64,000 bases of DNA, taken from positions 14,879 to 78,878 of IMG/VR virus record IMGVR_UViG_3300044568_003163. The stretch is one strand, 5' to 3'. This DNA comes from a virus. The position numbers were made by a program, and so were the translations under genes. The notes beneath the pieces were generated by a model that worked only from the letters and a program-made list of their open reading frames with translations, was not told where the DNA came from and searched no databases. Below, piece after piece: positions 32,524-42,658 of the stretch (the stretch's first letter is position 1; every line of letters starts with the position of its first letter).

Positions 32524-32973
32524 TTAATATTCAGATTTTAATTGTTCTCTTATTCTAGCCTCGTACTTTTGTTGGTCTTCGACGGCTTTCGCAACTTTTT
32601 GATTGCATGCTTCAATAAATGCCGGATCTAACAGAGCTTCTAGCTTTCTATCAGTGGTTTCCATTACCATTACTGCATAATCTAAAGCAGATTTTAAATC
32701 GTAAAAGGTTTGTAATCCTTGAGGTTCAACATGATTTCCTGCTCTTACTGTAAATTTGTCAGTTTTCCCTGGTCGTTCGATTTGATAAAATATCACATAG
32801 AATTTAGACAATTCTGCTTTGTGGTGAATTTTACCGTAACGAATAAATGTAACATATTTATTATCACACGAATCCATTTGAGTTTCGATCCTCCATTCAG
32901 GTGGTAATTCTGGTTTTAAAATTTCAGCTCTCCAAATAGGTGCTAAATTTGAAATTTCTTTTTCTGTTTTCAT
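32524..32973 (-). CDS. hypothetical protein
   Basis: 149-aa ORF. Confidence 0.5.
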   Translation of the reverse strand: MKTEKEISNLAPIWRAEILKPELPPEWRIETQMDSCDNKYVTFIRYGKIHHKAELSKFYVIFYQIERPGKTDKFTVRAGNHVEPQGLQTFYDLKSALDYAVMVMETTDRKLEALLDPAFIEACNQKVAKAVEDQQKYEARIREQLKSEY

Positions 32974-32982
32974 TTTGTTTGT

Positions 32983-33471
32983 TTAAAAGTTATGGTCTGT
33001 TAATCGAACGTCAAAATCTGTAAAATTTGCAAAGTCCTTTTCATCGGCTTCTAATCTTCGTTCTACTGTATCAGCATCACTTCGTAATGCTAATCTATCT
33101 TTTCGGATATCAAGTGCAATATCGATGTAAATGATGAACGAATTTTTTCGATCAGCTGCATGTAATTTACTAATTCCGGAAGGCGTCATGATAAACACGT
33201 CATCAGTTAAGTGGAATTGTGAATTTGAAGTTCCATAATTCCAACCATTAAATGAAACATGTTCATAGAAGAACTTTTGTTCAATCATCGTTTGGAACTC
33301 ATTATCTTCTAAGAAGTAATAATCTCTGCCATCAACTTCACCATCTCTTGGAGGTCGAGTTGTATAAGAAACTCCATAACGATAACCTCTGCCTTCTAGG
33401 ATTTTTCGCAAATGGTCTTTGCCGGATGCGGCTTTACCGCAAAGTATAATTCTGGATTTTGTACCTGTCAT
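32983..33471 (-). CDS. gmk: guanylate kinase
   Basis: 162 aa; P-loop CGKAASGKDHL and YTTRPPRDGEVDGRDYYF (GMP kinase signature). Confidence 0.8.
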   Translation of the reverse strand: MTGTKSRIILCGKAASGKDHLRKILEGRGYRYGVSYTTRPPRDGEVDGRDYYFLEDNEFQTMIEQKFFYEHVSFNGWNYGTSNSQFHLTDDVFIMTPSGISKLHAADRKNSFIIYIDIALDIRKDRLALRSDADTVERRLEADEKDFANFTDFDVRLTDHNF

Positions 33472-33728
33472 AATAGGTTATTTAATTTTTGTATGTTTTC
33501 CTTTAGAGTTTCTCTCGTTCCTAAATCAAATGCATGCATTTCATCGGTCGACGAACTTTCTAGATGAAGACCTAATTGAAAAGGACTCATCAAATAAAAT
33601 TCACGTTTTTCTTTAGGAATAGATTGGAGATTGATACGGTCTTTGATGCATTGTTCAATTAGATGAAGTTCTTCTAATTGTTCTTCGATGAGCTTTTTAA
33701 TTGCTTCGGATAGTGAACCGTTTTTCAT
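33468..33728 (-). CDS. hypothetical protein
   Basis: 86-aa ORF, 4-bp overlap. Confidence 0.45.
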   Translation of the reverse strand: MKNGSLSEAIKKLIEEQLEELHLIEQCIKDRINLQSIPKEKREFYLMSPFQLGLHLESSSTDEMHAFDLGTRETLKENIQKLNNLL

Positions 33729-33767
33729 ATTGTGTTTTATATTATATGCTGATTTCTAATTTTGTAT

Positions 33768-34049
33768 TTATAAAGATACTGGCATATTGTACATCATCAT
33801 GCAATAGAATTTTAATGCATGAATATTAGTACCATCGGCATTCGCAATAGCACCTTTTAAATCGTTGTTTACGACGGATTGTACGAAAGAACCACCAGCA
33901 TAACCTATTTCATGGCGAGTACAAATAATAGATGTACCTATATTTACAATGTGTTGTTTATCTTCGTTGCTTAAATTTGCAAAGTTAAGAATGTAATTGT
34001 TGGCATATTTATCGAAGTATGCTTGAACTTGTTTTTTGATGTTTTCCAT
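33768..34049 (-). CDS. hypothetical protein
   Basis: 93-aa ORF. Confidence 0.45.
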   Translation of the reverse strand: MENIKKQVQAYFDKYANNYILNFANLSNEDKQHIVNIGTSIICTRHEIGYAGGSFVQSVVNNDLKGAIANADGTNIHALKFYCMMMYNMPVSL

Positions 34050-34051
34050 GA

Positions 34052-34576
34052 TTAAAATATTCTTGAGTTTTCGTTAATATAAGCAGTTGGGTCGTAAGAT
34101 ACAAATTGAATTCTAGCAATATCTTTACAGTGGTTATCTCGAATACCACCAGTATCATGTGAGAATGCTTCGGCTATTTCCATTTCGATTTGTTTGTAGG
34201 TTTCAGGAGTTGCTTTTGATTTGATTACAACTTTTAAACCTTTACCTGAAGGAGTAATAAATGTTGCATGAACATAGTTTAACTTTTCGGCTTTAGCCTT
34301 TAATGTGATTACATCTTCGACATTATCGATATCTAAACAAATTACACCATTGTATTCTTCTAATCCAGCAATTGAACGGTAGTTGAATTGACCGGTTGGC
34401 GTAAATACTGGCAGTTTGTCCTTTTTATGAGATTTTGAAGGATTTTCGTCTTGACGAATTTCTTCGATAATAGATTTGTACTTGTCACTACGAATTTCTT
34501 CGATGATAGTAGATAATGTAGAGACTTCCACCGGTTTGGTGTTTTTGACTGACTTGAAACGTGTGATTTTTAACAT
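34052..34576 (-). CDS. hypothetical protein
   Basis: 174-aa ORF preceded by class-B cassette. Confidence 0.5.
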   Translation of the reverse strand: MLKITRFKSVKNTKPVEVSTLSTIIEEIRSDKYKSIIEEIRQDENPSKSHKKDKLPVFTPTGQFNYRSIAGLEEYNGVICLDIDNVEDVITLKAKAEKLNYVHATFITPSGKGLKVVIKSKATPETYKQIEMEIAEAFSHDTGGIRDNHCKDIARIQFVSYDPTAYINENSRIF

Positions 34577-34584
34577 AAGTTTGT

Positions 34585-34680
34585 TTTAATTAGATAAGTA
34601 AAACTAATCAATTTAGGTGACATATGGAAATGTTTATTGATTTATTTTTTGAAAGTTATTAACAATTTAGTAATTAATCC
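34585..34680 (-). promoter_or_regulatory. intergenic cassette class B (TTGTTAATAAC ... TTTCCATATGTCA ... AAATTGATTAGTTTTACTTATC)
   Basis: three near-identical copies at 34585, 37346, 51587. Confidence 0.5.
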
Positions 34681-34966
34681 AAGTTGTTAATTTTGTAGTA
34701 CCATCTTTCCAAGGCCAGGATTCCATAGCGGCAACCTCATCGCCATTACAGTATTTATGAATCCATAACCATTGTTCCCAATAATCGTCATCACCTAACA
34801 CTGAATAGAAACCAAAACATAACCATTCGATTTTTAACGAAGGCACAGATTCGCATCTAGGAGTATTGAACTTGTCTTTCCATCTTAATGATTGTTTTCG
34901 TACAATAGGAAGCCATGCAAATTCGTAGTTCCAATAAAATTGAGATGTTCTTTTTGGTGATTTCAT
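34667..34966 (-). CDS. hypothetical Trp-rich protein
   Basis: 99-aa ORF. Confidence 0.45.
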   Translation of the reverse strand: MKSPKRTSQFYWNYEFAWLPIVRKQSLRWKDKFNTPRCESVPSLKIEWLCFGFYSVLGDDDYWEQWLWIHKYCNGDEVAAMESWPWKDGTTKLTTWINY

Positions 34967-35184
34967 TATCTTTCAAGTATTACAAATGAACCAAAATAAC
35001 CATCAAAAACCTGCAATAGATTTTCATAATCTCCTGACATCATTTCGTTTATAATTTTTTCTTTGTCTAATCCTAGTTGCTTAGCGAAATTAGAAGCATA
35101 ACCCATTAGAGCAAATGCATTTCCATCAGGTCCAGTTAAGTCAATAACAATAGGTCCAGTTTTTTCTTTTTTCTCTCGTATCAT
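34966..35184 (-). CDS. hypothetical protein
   Basis: 72-aa ORF. Confidence 0.4.
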   Translation of the reverse strand: MIREKKEKTGPIVIDLTGPDGNAFALMGYASNFAKQLGLDKEKIINEMMSGDYENLLQVFDGYFGSFVILER

Positions 35185-35186
35185 AA

Positions 35187-35393
35187 TTAATTAAAAATGT
35201 AATTGTATAACATAGGTCCGTAAATAATTGCAGATGATATGAATCCGCAAAATGAAATAAATACTGAAGCGACCATAACTAAATCGTCATTCACTCGATC
35301 ATTAGTTTTCCTAAACCAGAATCCAGGATCGTTGTGATATAGTTGATAGCCAATGTTTCCAATCATAAAAATAATCCAAGGTAAGTGTATCAT
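35187..35393 (-). CDS. small membrane protein
   Basis: 68 aa, two hydrophobic helices. Confidence 0.4.
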   Translation of the reverse strand: MIHLPWIIFMIGNIGYQLYHNDPGFWFRKTNDRVNDDLVMVASVFISFCGFISSAIIYGPMLYNYIFN

Positions 35394-35395
35394 AA

Positions 35396-35659
35396 TTAAG
35401 CTTTATAAAAGTTAAGTTCGTAGTTTCCTGAATCCATTCGGTACAAAATGACAGTTAAACATTTTTTAGCAAGATTACCAGTTCGCTTTACTATTAGGTC
35501 CAAATGATAAAATACGGTTTGTCCATATGCTACATGTTCGGTCCATATGTTTTCCGGAAATTTGATTTCGTAATGATTTTCATCAATGATAGATTGATAT
35601 GCATTTTGCAATGCTTCATTTTGAGTAGCGAAATAAGTAGTTGGTTGGTATTTTGACAT
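35396..35659 (-). CDS. hypothetical protein
   Basis: 87-aa ORF. Confidence 0.45.
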   Translation of the reverse strand: MSKYQPTTYFATQNEALQNAYQSIIDENHYEIKFPENIWTEHVAYGQTVFYHLDLIVKRTGNLAKKCLTVILYRMDSGNYELNFYKA

Positions 35660-35671
35660 AATGAATTAGTT

Positions 35672-35750
35672 TAATTTGATATACAAATATAACAAAAAAA
35701 CTCGATATTAAAAAATATCGAGTTAAAAGTTATTAACAAAATAACCAGTA
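35672..35750 (-). promoter_or_regulatory. intergenic cassette class A (terminator for tmRNA + promoter for 35396-35659)
   Basis: minus: TTGTTAATAACTTTTAACTCGATATTTTTTAATATCGAGTTTTTTTGTTATATTTGTATAT. Confidence 0.5.
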
Positions 35751-35751
35751 G

Positions 35752-36126
35752 TGGACCTAGTGGGAATCGAACCCACGTCTTGGAAAGATGTACAATGTAT
35801 TCATTCACAGGCTTAGCAATATTTTCTAACTTTGCAAAATATAAGGTTGGGTTAACACAGTTCCTTACCTTCAACTAACTGAGTGATATTATACTCCTGA
35901 CACTAAGGAGTAATCGCTGTCGAATTTCTGTTCCTGAGTAATCGAGACTCGATTGCTTATGCAGCCATTAAGACTTCACCAGCACCAACGAATGCCATAG
36001 CATCTTCGAAGGTCATTGTTGACTTGTTGTCATTTAAAAAGTTACATAGGTGATTTAAGAGTTTCCGATGCTAACTCTGCCTGCATATCAAAGAACTGGT
36101 CTACCAATCAAAGCCTGGTTAGGCCC
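35752..36126 (-). ncRNA. ssrA: tmRNA (SsrA), 375 nt
   Basis: 5' GGGCCUA pairs 3' UAGGUCC-A (G3:U70 wobble, A73); T-arm GUGGGUUCGAUUCCCAC immediately before acceptor; internal frame ...GCU AUG GCA UUC GUU GGU GCU GGU GAA GUC UUA AUG GCU GCA UAA (tag ending ...VLMAA*); no protein ORF; flanked by terminator hairpins. Confidence 0.7.
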
Positions 36127-36166
36127 ATTAGAACTTCGAGTCTAAATCAATAGACTCGAAATTAAA

Positions 36167-36364
36167 TTAATTAGCTGGTGTAGCAGCTGGAGTAGTTGTA
36201 GGAGTTACAACTTTTAATGAATCAACTTTAGTTGAATCTACTTTTACTGAATCAACTTGAACTGCAGTTGAATCTGTTGAAGTTTCTGTTGTAGCAGTTG
36301 TTTGTTTACAAGATACTACTGTTAATGCAGCAATGATTGCTAGGCTTAAAATTACTTTTTTCAT
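36167..36364 (-). CDS. lipoprotein with VDSxK tandem repeats
   Basis: 65 aa; signal peptide + lipobox LTVVSC; repeats VDSVKVDSTKVDSLKV. Confidence 0.5.
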   Translation of the reverse strand: MKKVILSLAIIAALTVVSCKQTTATTETSTDSTAVQVDSVKVDSTKVDSLKVVTPTTTPAATPAN

Positions 36365-36422
36365 TTCGATTTGTTTTTATATTTATTTAAGTTCTGTCAA
36401 CATCCATGACAGTTTGGATTAA

Positions 36423-36707
36423 TTATTCAGTGATTACTGGTTGGTATTCAAAGGTATCTAAATTCAGGTTGAATTCGCCGTATTTTGCAAATAAGACAGA
36501 TCTAAATTCCTCTTCGTCTAAACGAATTTGCTCGATTTGCTGAGACATTTCTGTAATTTTTTGAATTAGCTCAGTTTTTTCTCCTTCAATTTTATTTACT
36601 TCTTCGCTCATACTTTCAATAAGTTCGAACATTTCTGAATATCTTTTAATAAAGGATTTTAATTTTTCTATCTCGCTAGGAGCAAGTCTTTTTACTTCTT
36701 CTGACAT
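36423..36707 (-). CDS. hypothetical coiled-coil protein
   Basis: 94-aa ORF. Confidence 0.45.
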   Translation of the reverse strand: MSEEVKRLAPSEIEKLKSFIKRYSEMFELIESMSEEVNKIEGEKTELIQKITEMSQQIEQIRLDEEEFRSVLFAKYGEFNLNLDTFEYQPVITE

Positions 36708-36937
36708 TATGATTTTTCTATTTTTTCGAAAGGATATACCTTACTAATTGTTTTATTGAATTCAGCACCTACAGAATCTGACGTTGAAAATTTCACATAA
36801 TCATCTTCAGTTACTCCATCATAACGATACATTGCATCGCCTTTAAAAATTACATAAAGTGATTGTGATTTAAAATCATAACTTGAAGATTCGATTGTAG
36901 ATGAATCATAAGTAACATTTTCGGTAGTTTTTCTCAT
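36707..36937 (-). CDS. KTSC-domain-like protein
   Basis: 76 aa; SLYVIFKGDAMYRYDGVTEDDYVKFSTSDSVGAEFNKTI resembles KTSC domain pattern. Confidence 0.4.
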   Translation of the reverse strand: MRKTTENVTYDSSTIESSSYDFKSQSLYVIFKGDAMYRYDGVTEDDYVKFSTSDSVGAEFNKTISKVYPFEKIEKS

Positions 36938-36952
36938 GTTTATTATATGTTA

Positions 36953-37219
36953 TTAGTTAGTTCTAGAATCAAATTTAAACTTAATTCCATTTGAAATTCC
37001 AAAAGATTTTCGATTTCCTAAATGGTGAAGTTTTTGTGCAGTTTCTTGGTCAACAATTTCTATTTGCGAGTATTCGTTTTTCCCTGAAATTATTGTGTGA
37101 CAGGCTACAGCCTTTGTATCTGAACATTTAACACAGGTAGTAGTAAAAGGTAGAATTTCTACTCGCTTAGGATGGATTTGTTCGCCACATCCTTTGCAAT
37201 ATTTCGTAGTTTCGCTCAT
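36953..37219 (-). CDS. TraR/DksA-family C4 zinc-finger protein
   Basis: 88 aa; CKGCGEQI...TTCVKCS Cys4 ribbon. Confidence 0.55.
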   Translation of the reverse strand: MSETTKYCKGCGEQIHPKRVEILPFTTTCVKCSDTKAVACHTIISGKNEYSQIEIVDQETAQKLHHLGNRKSFGISNGIKFKFDSRTN

Positions 37220-37222
37220 AGT

Positions 37223-37345
37223 TTATTTATTTTCAGTTTCGAATTGATTAGCCGTTTCACTGAAACTAGGTGAGTAATTAGCCATTGATGCATAAGAATT
37301 ACGAGATTCTTGTTGTTCTTTTAATTCGATTTGAATAGAGTCCAT
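37223..37345 (-). CDS. small hypothetical ORF (~40 aa)
   Basis: MDSIQIELKEQQESRNSYASMANYSPSFSETANQFETENK directly downstream of class-B cassette; below 60-aa cutoff of ORF track. Confidence 0.3.
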   Translation of the reverse strand: MDSIQIELKEQQESRNSYASMANYSPSFSETANQFETENK

Positions 37346-37440
37346 AATGTGATTGTTTAATTTTGATAAGTAAAACTAATCAATTTCTACAACATAGAGA
37401 AATTTTTCATCATAAAGTTATTAACATATTATACATACTT
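37346..37440 (-). promoter_or_regulatory. intergenic cassette class B; divergent region with plus-strand fibre gene
   Basis: minus: TTGTTAATAACTTTATGATGAAAAATTTCTCTATGTTGTAGAAATTGATTAGTTTTACTTATCAAAATTAAACAATCACATT-ATG. Confidence 0.5.
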
Positions 37441-37494
37441 TTGGGTATGATATATATTATAAGCAACACCTAGGGCTTAAAACAAATACTACTC

Positions 37495-40476
37495 ATGCCA
37501 ACAGCAAATTACCCTAATAATCAAGATTATCGTTTAAATAAGACTCGTCCTCTTACATGGAAAGAAATGGACGATATGTTCAGAAAACCAAATATTTGGA
37601 TTGGAGATTTTAGTTACGTTCAAGGAATGGTCGTGATGTGGGATGATTCAGTTCCACCAGTTAATAATGGAGATGATGGAACTTTATCTTTTTGGTTATG
37701 TGATTCCGATCACGTATCTTCCAATACTAATACTCCAGGAATATTAAATAGTCCATGGAGAAGAATAGGTGGATTAAGTGTTCCAGGACCTACAGGAGAA
37801 TCGGGTGGTCCTATAGGACCTACTGGAATGACCGGTGCTACTGGTAGAACTGGAATGACAGGTGCAACAGGTTCTACTGGAATGACTGGTGCGGTTGGAC
37901 AAACTGGTGCTACTGGACAAACTGGAATGACTGGTGCTGTTGGACCTACCGGAGTTGGTTTACCCGGATCTAAAGGTGATACTGGAAATATTGGTGCTAC
38001 AGGAATGACTGGGTTAGTAGGACCAACTGGAGCAGGAGTAACTGGTGCTACTGGACAAACTGGACAAACTGGACCTACCGGTTTCAACGGACAAACTGGT
38101 CCTACAGGAATGACTGGTGCAGGAGAAACCGGTGCTACAGGAATGACAGGAATGACAGGTGCTACTGGAATGACAGGACCTATAGGACCTACTGGTGCAA
38201 ATGGAATCCCGATGGGTAAACCATCTGATGCATTAGATATGTATTACGATGATGATCCGTCTTCACAAGGTTGTAATCCTGGTGATCCGCTCAAACTATC
38301 GTTTGATGTAGTACGAACTGGAGTTACTTCACTTGCATATGTAGTAGATAATTCCGGTATTTCGACTGCAGGAGGTACAAAAATATTAATACAAAAAGAA
38401 GGAAATTATTTTATATCGGTAAATGTTAATATAAAAATTCTAACTCCGGTCGACGGTAGAGCCGAAGTTTCTTTAAATTTATATTATGATGATACCTCTG
38501 GAAGCTATACTAAATTCGACGGATTTCAAGGAAATGTTATATTAGATGCAGAAGGTTTAACTCCAACTGGAACATTAAAAGATTCTATTATGATTCAAGG
38601 AATTTTTAATGTAGATGCTAGTTGGATTTCTTCAAACAGAAAAATATATGCCGTATTAGAAAATGCTGCAGCAGGAATTTCTCTTTCATCCATCGTCGTA
38701 TCACCTATTTCTACTTCATTATCTATCATCTCGTTAGAAGGTGGAATTGGTGCTACTGGAGCAGGAGTTGCTGGACAAACTGGTGCTACTGGTATGACTG
38801 GATTAGTTGGACCAACTGGAGCAGGTCAAACTGGTGCTACTGGACAAACTGGTGCTACCGGAGAAACTGGAATGACAGGTGCTACTGGAATGACTGGTCC
38901 TACTGGTGCTGGACAAACTGGTGCTACCGGAATGACTGGTCCTACTGGTCTAGGGTACGATCTTACTTCTTCAATATCTGCTACTGCTGGATTAGGGGTA
39001 AAAGTTTTTACCGTAAATAAAGATGCATCTCTTTCTGCATTTTCCATTGGAAACCGAGTAAGAGTAAGTTCATCTTTCGTAATTTGGATGGAGGGAGAGA
39101 TAACATCATATGCAGGAAATACCTTAATTGTGAATGTTGATAAAGTAGTTGGTAGTGGTGCTTCTGCGAGTAGTTGGGATATCGACATTGCTGGACTTCC
39201 TGGACCTACTGGAATGACTGGAATGACTGGTGCTACTGGAAGAACTGGTAGTACAGGAATGACTGGTGCTACTGGAAGAACTGGTAGTACAGGAATGACT
39301 GGAGCTCAAGGTCCTATCGGACCAGCAGGACCATTTGGTGCTACTGGTATGACTGGATTAGTTGGACCAACTGGATCAGGCACTACATTTATTCATGAAA
39401 CTGCTACTTTCGTAGATCCTAACGGTAGCAACAGTACTGGTGCAGTAGGAGATAAACAAAAACCATTTTTGACGATAGAAGAAGCAATAGGTCAAGCTCG
39501 TTCACGAGCAAACGAACAAGGCGGACCATTTACTATCATCGTATATCCGGGTATTTATGAGGAAAACAAGCAATGGAATTTTGAAAACGACGAAGGAACT
39601 ATTAAATTTATCGGTCAAGTTTATATAGAATTTGATAACCCAAACCCGGTAGATTATTTTATCAAAATGAGTAATTCGTATATTAATTTCGTTGGAGATG
39701 ACCGAGGGACGAATAATTTCCAAATTGGCGGTACTTGTAATACTGGAACATATTTAACCATATCTAGTAAATTCGGTACTAATGTGTATTTATTCGATGT
39801 TCGAAATACTAAACTTAAACTATCAAATATTACAATAGATACAGGATTTTTAGGAAAATTTGGAGTAGATTGGAAATACCCCGGTGGTGGTAGTAAAGTA
39901 GATATTGATAATTGTAGAATGAGATCTATTATACATCCTAATATCGAGGTTTCTGCCGACGGCGCAGTTGATGGTCTTTCTAGATTACCAGATATATTAA
40001 TTAGAGATTCAATTCTAGCATCGGCTTTTGGACCTAATATTGGATATTATGCATTTACTAATGGTTTAGAATCTGAAGCTACTTTATTGATTGATAATAG
40101 CACAATCTATCAAGATCCTACCTATGGAGGTTTAGGTAAATTAACACCTGGATTTCCAACTCCAGTAGGAGGAAAATTACCTCACGTAGACAGTTTCATA
40201 TATTCAACGATGAATCTGGATAACCAATTAAGGTTGATATTTTCTGGGACGAAATTCCATATGAACAAATGGTCTCCACCAGCAGAAGGAAGTGGTGGAC
40301 CTGAAGCTTGCGTACATTTTGATAATTCTGGAAATGATTTCAAACATGACACGATGTCAACTTACACTAATACTCGAAATTTTTTAGGAGCCAGCATCTG
40401 GACTCATGTAGTTGACCATATAACGGAGTTAAAAGGTAGTACGAAATCTCCAATTGAATATATGAACATACTTTAA
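37495..40476 (+). CDS. collagen-like tail fibre/tailspike paralog with beta-helix-like C-terminal domain
   Basis: 993 aa; N-terminus [29 protein letters not shown] homologous to 13017-15977; multiple Gly-X-Thr runs; C-terminal region with repetitive short beta-strand motifs (possible pectate-lyase-like fold). Confidence 0.8.
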   Translation: MPTANYPNNQDYRLNKTRPLTWKEMDDMFRKPNIWIGDFSYVQGMVVMWDDSVPPVNNGDDGTLSFWLCDSDHVSSNTNTPGILNSPWRRIGGLSVPGPTGESGGPIGPTGMTGATGRTGMTGATGSTGMTGAVGQTGATGQTGMTGAVGPTGVGLPGSKGDTGNIGATGMTGLVGPTGAGVTGATGQTGQTGPTGFNGQTGPTGMTGAGETGATGMTGMTGATGMTGPIGPTGANGIPMGKPSDALDMYYDDDPSSQGCNPGDPLKLSFDVVRTGVTSLAYVVDNSGISTAGGTKILIQKEGNYFISVNVNIKILTPVDGRAEVSLNLYYDDTSGSYTKFDGFQGNVILDAEGLTPTGTLKDSIMIQGIFNVDASWISSNRKIYAVLENAAAGISLSSIVVSPISTSLSIISLEGGIGATGAGVAGQTGATGMTGLVGPTGAGQTGATGQTGATGETGMTGATGMTGPTGAGQTGATGMTGPTGLGYDLTSSISATAGLGVKVFTVNKDASLSAFSIGNRVRVSSSFVIWMEGEITSYAGNTLIVNVDKVVGSGASASSWDIDIAGLPGPTGMTGMTGATGRTGSTGMTGATGRTGSTGMTGAQGPIGPAGPFGATGMTGLVGPTGSGTTFIHETATFVDPNGSNSTGAVGDKQKPFLTIEEAIGQARSRANEQGGPFTIIVYPGIYEENKQWNFENDEGTIKFIGQVYIEFDNPNPVDYFIKMSNSYINFVGDDRGTNNFQIGGTCNTGTYLTISSKFGTNVYLFDVRNTKLKLSNITIDTGFLGKFGVDWKYPGGGSKVDIDNCRMRSIIHPNIEVSADGAVDGLSRLPDILIRDSILASAFGPNIGYYAFTNGLESEATLLIDNSTIYQDPTYGGLGKLTPGFPTPVGGKLPHVDSFIYSTMNLDNQLRLIFSGTKFHMNKWSPPAEGSGGPEACVHFDNSGNDFKHDTMSTYTNTRNFLGASIWTHVVDHITELKGSTKSPIEYMNIL

Positions 40477-40946
40477 CCTCTTCGTTTATTATTTCTCTTA
40501 ATTAAATGGGCATACGACCAAATACCTTCATTGGTAAAATTAGTTGGTGCCCATTTGTTCATATCTAATGAAATCCACTCTTCGGTGCCGTCTTTGTTAT
40601 TTGCAATATACATATGGATTTCGTCAACTAAAGACTCGAATTGTTTAAATAGAGAGGTGCCACCTAAAACATAAATTGGTCCTTCTGTGTGCAAGTGTAA
40701 ATCATCCGTATCATGAATTACGTTTACATTCATTCGCTTCCATTTTCTATTTCTGGTAATCACCCACGTATTACCACCTTTCCATTTAGTAATATCATAG
40801 GTTTTTCTTCCAATCAAACATACCTCTTTCTTGAGTAAATCTCTAATCAAACATTCATGATGCCAAATCCTTAATCCAAGGTCTGGTACAGTATTTGATT
40901 GGTTATCTACTATTGCAACAAATATGATTTTTTGATTGTGTAGCAT
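40473..40946 (-). CDS. folA: dihydrofolate reductase
   Basis: 157 aa; [10 protein letters not shown]...LIGRKTY...[11 protein letters not shown] matches DHFR pattern (IWA.D.NG.IG...LPW, GRKT, VIGG..LY). Confidence 0.8.
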   Translation of the reverse strand: MLHNQKIIFVAIVDNQSNTVPDLGLRIWHHECLIRDLLKKEVCLIGRKTYDITKWKGGNTWVITRNRKWKRMNVNVIHDTDDLHLHTEGPIYVLGGTSLFKQFESLVDEIHMYIANNKDGTEEWISLDMNKWAPTNFTNEGIWSYAHLIKRNNKRRG

Positions 40947-41242
40947 TATTTAATCCATTCTAAATATCCAAAACGTAAAGCCATTGCCGGTGAAAGTGAA
41001 GAATTTTCTTGCATAGCTTTTAGAGCAAAAATAACAACTTCTACTTCTAATTCGTTTCCTATAGCTTCAGTTAACATTGTGCTAATCCACTTCATTTCGT
41101 CGTCAAGATCTTCTTCGTAATTGAATACTGAAAATCCTTCTTCTCTTAACTCATCTTCATCTAACGCATAAATATTGGTAGCCCAAATTAGCTCTCCGTT
41201 AGAAGGAGCTTCAAATCTTGCAGGTATTCTTTTATCGTTCAT
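40946..41242 (-). CDS. hypothetical protein
   Basis: 98-aa ORF. Confidence 0.45.
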   Translation of the reverse strand: MNDKRIPARFEAPSNGELIWATNIYALDEDELREEGFSVFNYEEDLDDEMKWISTMLTEAIGNELEVEVVIFALKAMQENSSLSPAMALRFGYLEWIK

Positions 41243-41618
41243 CGTAGTGTCTTTTGAATTGTTGAATTAAGAATGGATTAGCCCATTCTTTAAAATCTGG
41301 TTTTGTTTCAATTGCAGTAATTTCTGATAATGAATTTTCATCACCTACTAAAACTAGAGTTTGCCTCATTGAGGTTCCATCTTCCATTATTTTAATAGCC
41401 TTATTTGCATCATCCCATCCTCGTTGAAAGACTCCATCTAACGTACCAATAGCCTTATTAGGTTCATACATTAAATTAGTTAGAGTAGCATTCAAAGTAT
41501 CAGAGACTGCCTGTTGTCGCATTTTGTCGACCTCTTCTTGCGGTACAACATAATCGGTTTTCTCATACCAATAGATTATACCTACTGCTCCTTCTTGGAT
41601 TTCGTATAATGGATTCAT
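41232..41618 (-). CDS. hypothetical protein
   Basis: 128-aa ORF. Confidence 0.45.
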   Translation of the reverse strand: MNPLYEIQEGAVGIIYWYEKTDYVVPQEEVDKMRQQAVSDTLNATLTNLMYEPNKAIGTLDGVFQRGWDDANKAIKIMEDGTSMRQTLVLVGDENSLSEITAIETKPDFKEWANPFLIQQFKRHYDER

Positions 41619-41625
41619 GAGTGTT

Positions 41626-42585
41626 CTATGATAGTATCAATTCAAAAGTTTCAACATAATCTGAAGGTTTTACACCTTCGTTCATGTAAGAAATAATTGA
41701 TTTTTCTTTAAGTTTAGCTTCGACCATAATCCAAGCACCAGTACCCCAATCGGTAATTTCTTCGTAAATCCAATCGGCATGAGCCCTTGCCATTTTTTCA
41801 GGTTGTTCGTGATTTATCGTAGATGAAAAGTGAAAACCTGCTGGTATATTACCCCATGTTGATGCAGCAAGTTTAGCGGCTTCTTCATGAGTTAAATTAC
41901 CACTACAAAATTTATGGTGATGTGAATCGAAAGTAATTGGAATTTTGATATCGGCATAGAGTAAGTCGTACAAATCTTTAACCGAATATTGAGAAGCTTT
42001 GTCGTCGTTTTCAATAACCAAACGAGCTTTAGTAGTAGGATGTAGCTTTTTGAAGTTTTCAATAAATCGTTTAGCACATTCTTCTTTACCGCCTTGTGTA
42101 GTATTTAAGTGAATGTTGATTTGATTCCAATGAGAAGGTTCAAGACCCATAGCATCGAAAATTTGAGAGTGCTGATCTAATTCCTTGATGGTTTTCTTAA
42201 CTACAAATTTACTTTGTGAGCCAAGAACATTGAAAGGTCCTGGATGGAATTCTAGACGTTGGCCATATCGAGTAGCTAATGTACCAGCTAATTGAAGATT
42301 CTTTTCGATCATTGACCAATCTGGTAAATCTTGCAATTCATATTCGGACATCCATGGAAACATATTAGAAGAGATACGAAAGAACTTTATTCCTTTACGT
42401 TCATTCCATTGTATGATTTTTACAAGGTCTTTAACATTTTGCAGGGCTAAAGATGAGACTACTGCATTTGTTTCTCGTTGAGCTTCGAAAGTTTTCTTAA
42501 TCATACTTCGATTAGTAAAAATTCCTTCGCTTTCTTGTAATTCTAGGTTGATGCAGCAATAGCCGATTCTTTCGTGTATATTCAT
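41626..42585 (-). CDS. UV damage endonuclease (UvdE/UVDE)-like TIM-barrel protein
   Basis: 319 aa; N-terminal IGYCCINLEL and FFRISSNMFPW resemble UvdE motifs. Confidence 0.55.
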   Translation of the reverse strand: MNIHERIGYCCINLELQESEGIFTNRSMIKKTFEAQRETNAVVSSLALQNVKDLVKIIQWNERKGIKFFRISSNMFPWMSEYELQDLPDWSMIEKNLQLAGTLATRYGQRLEFHPGPFNVLGSQSKFVVKKTIKELDQHSQIFDAMGLEPSHWNQINIHLNTTQGGKEECAKRFIENFKKLHPTTKARLVIENDDKASQYSVKDLYDLLYADIKIPITFDSHHHKFCSGNLTHEEAAKLAASTWGNIPAGFHFSSTINHEQPEKMARAHADWIYEEITDWGTGAWIMVEAKLKEKSIISYMNEGVKPSDYVETFELILS

Positions 42586-42587
42586 AG

Positions 42588-42658
42588 TATATTTTTATAA
42601 GACAAATATAACAAAAAACCTCGATAAAAGAAAATATCGAGGTGAAAGTTGTTAACAA
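42588..42658 (-). promoter_or_regulatory. intergenic cassette class A
   Basis: plus ataagacaaatataacaaaaaacctcgataaaagaaaatatcgaggtgaaagttgttaacaatt. Confidence 0.5.

Noticed and set aside
35671-35874. 67-aa ORF overlapping the 3' part of the putative tmRNA and its cassette
   Set aside because: It lies inside a region better explained as an RNA gene (tRNA-like acceptor and T-arm) plus the promoter cassette. The protein is hydrophobic junk-like, with no upstream promoter of its own.
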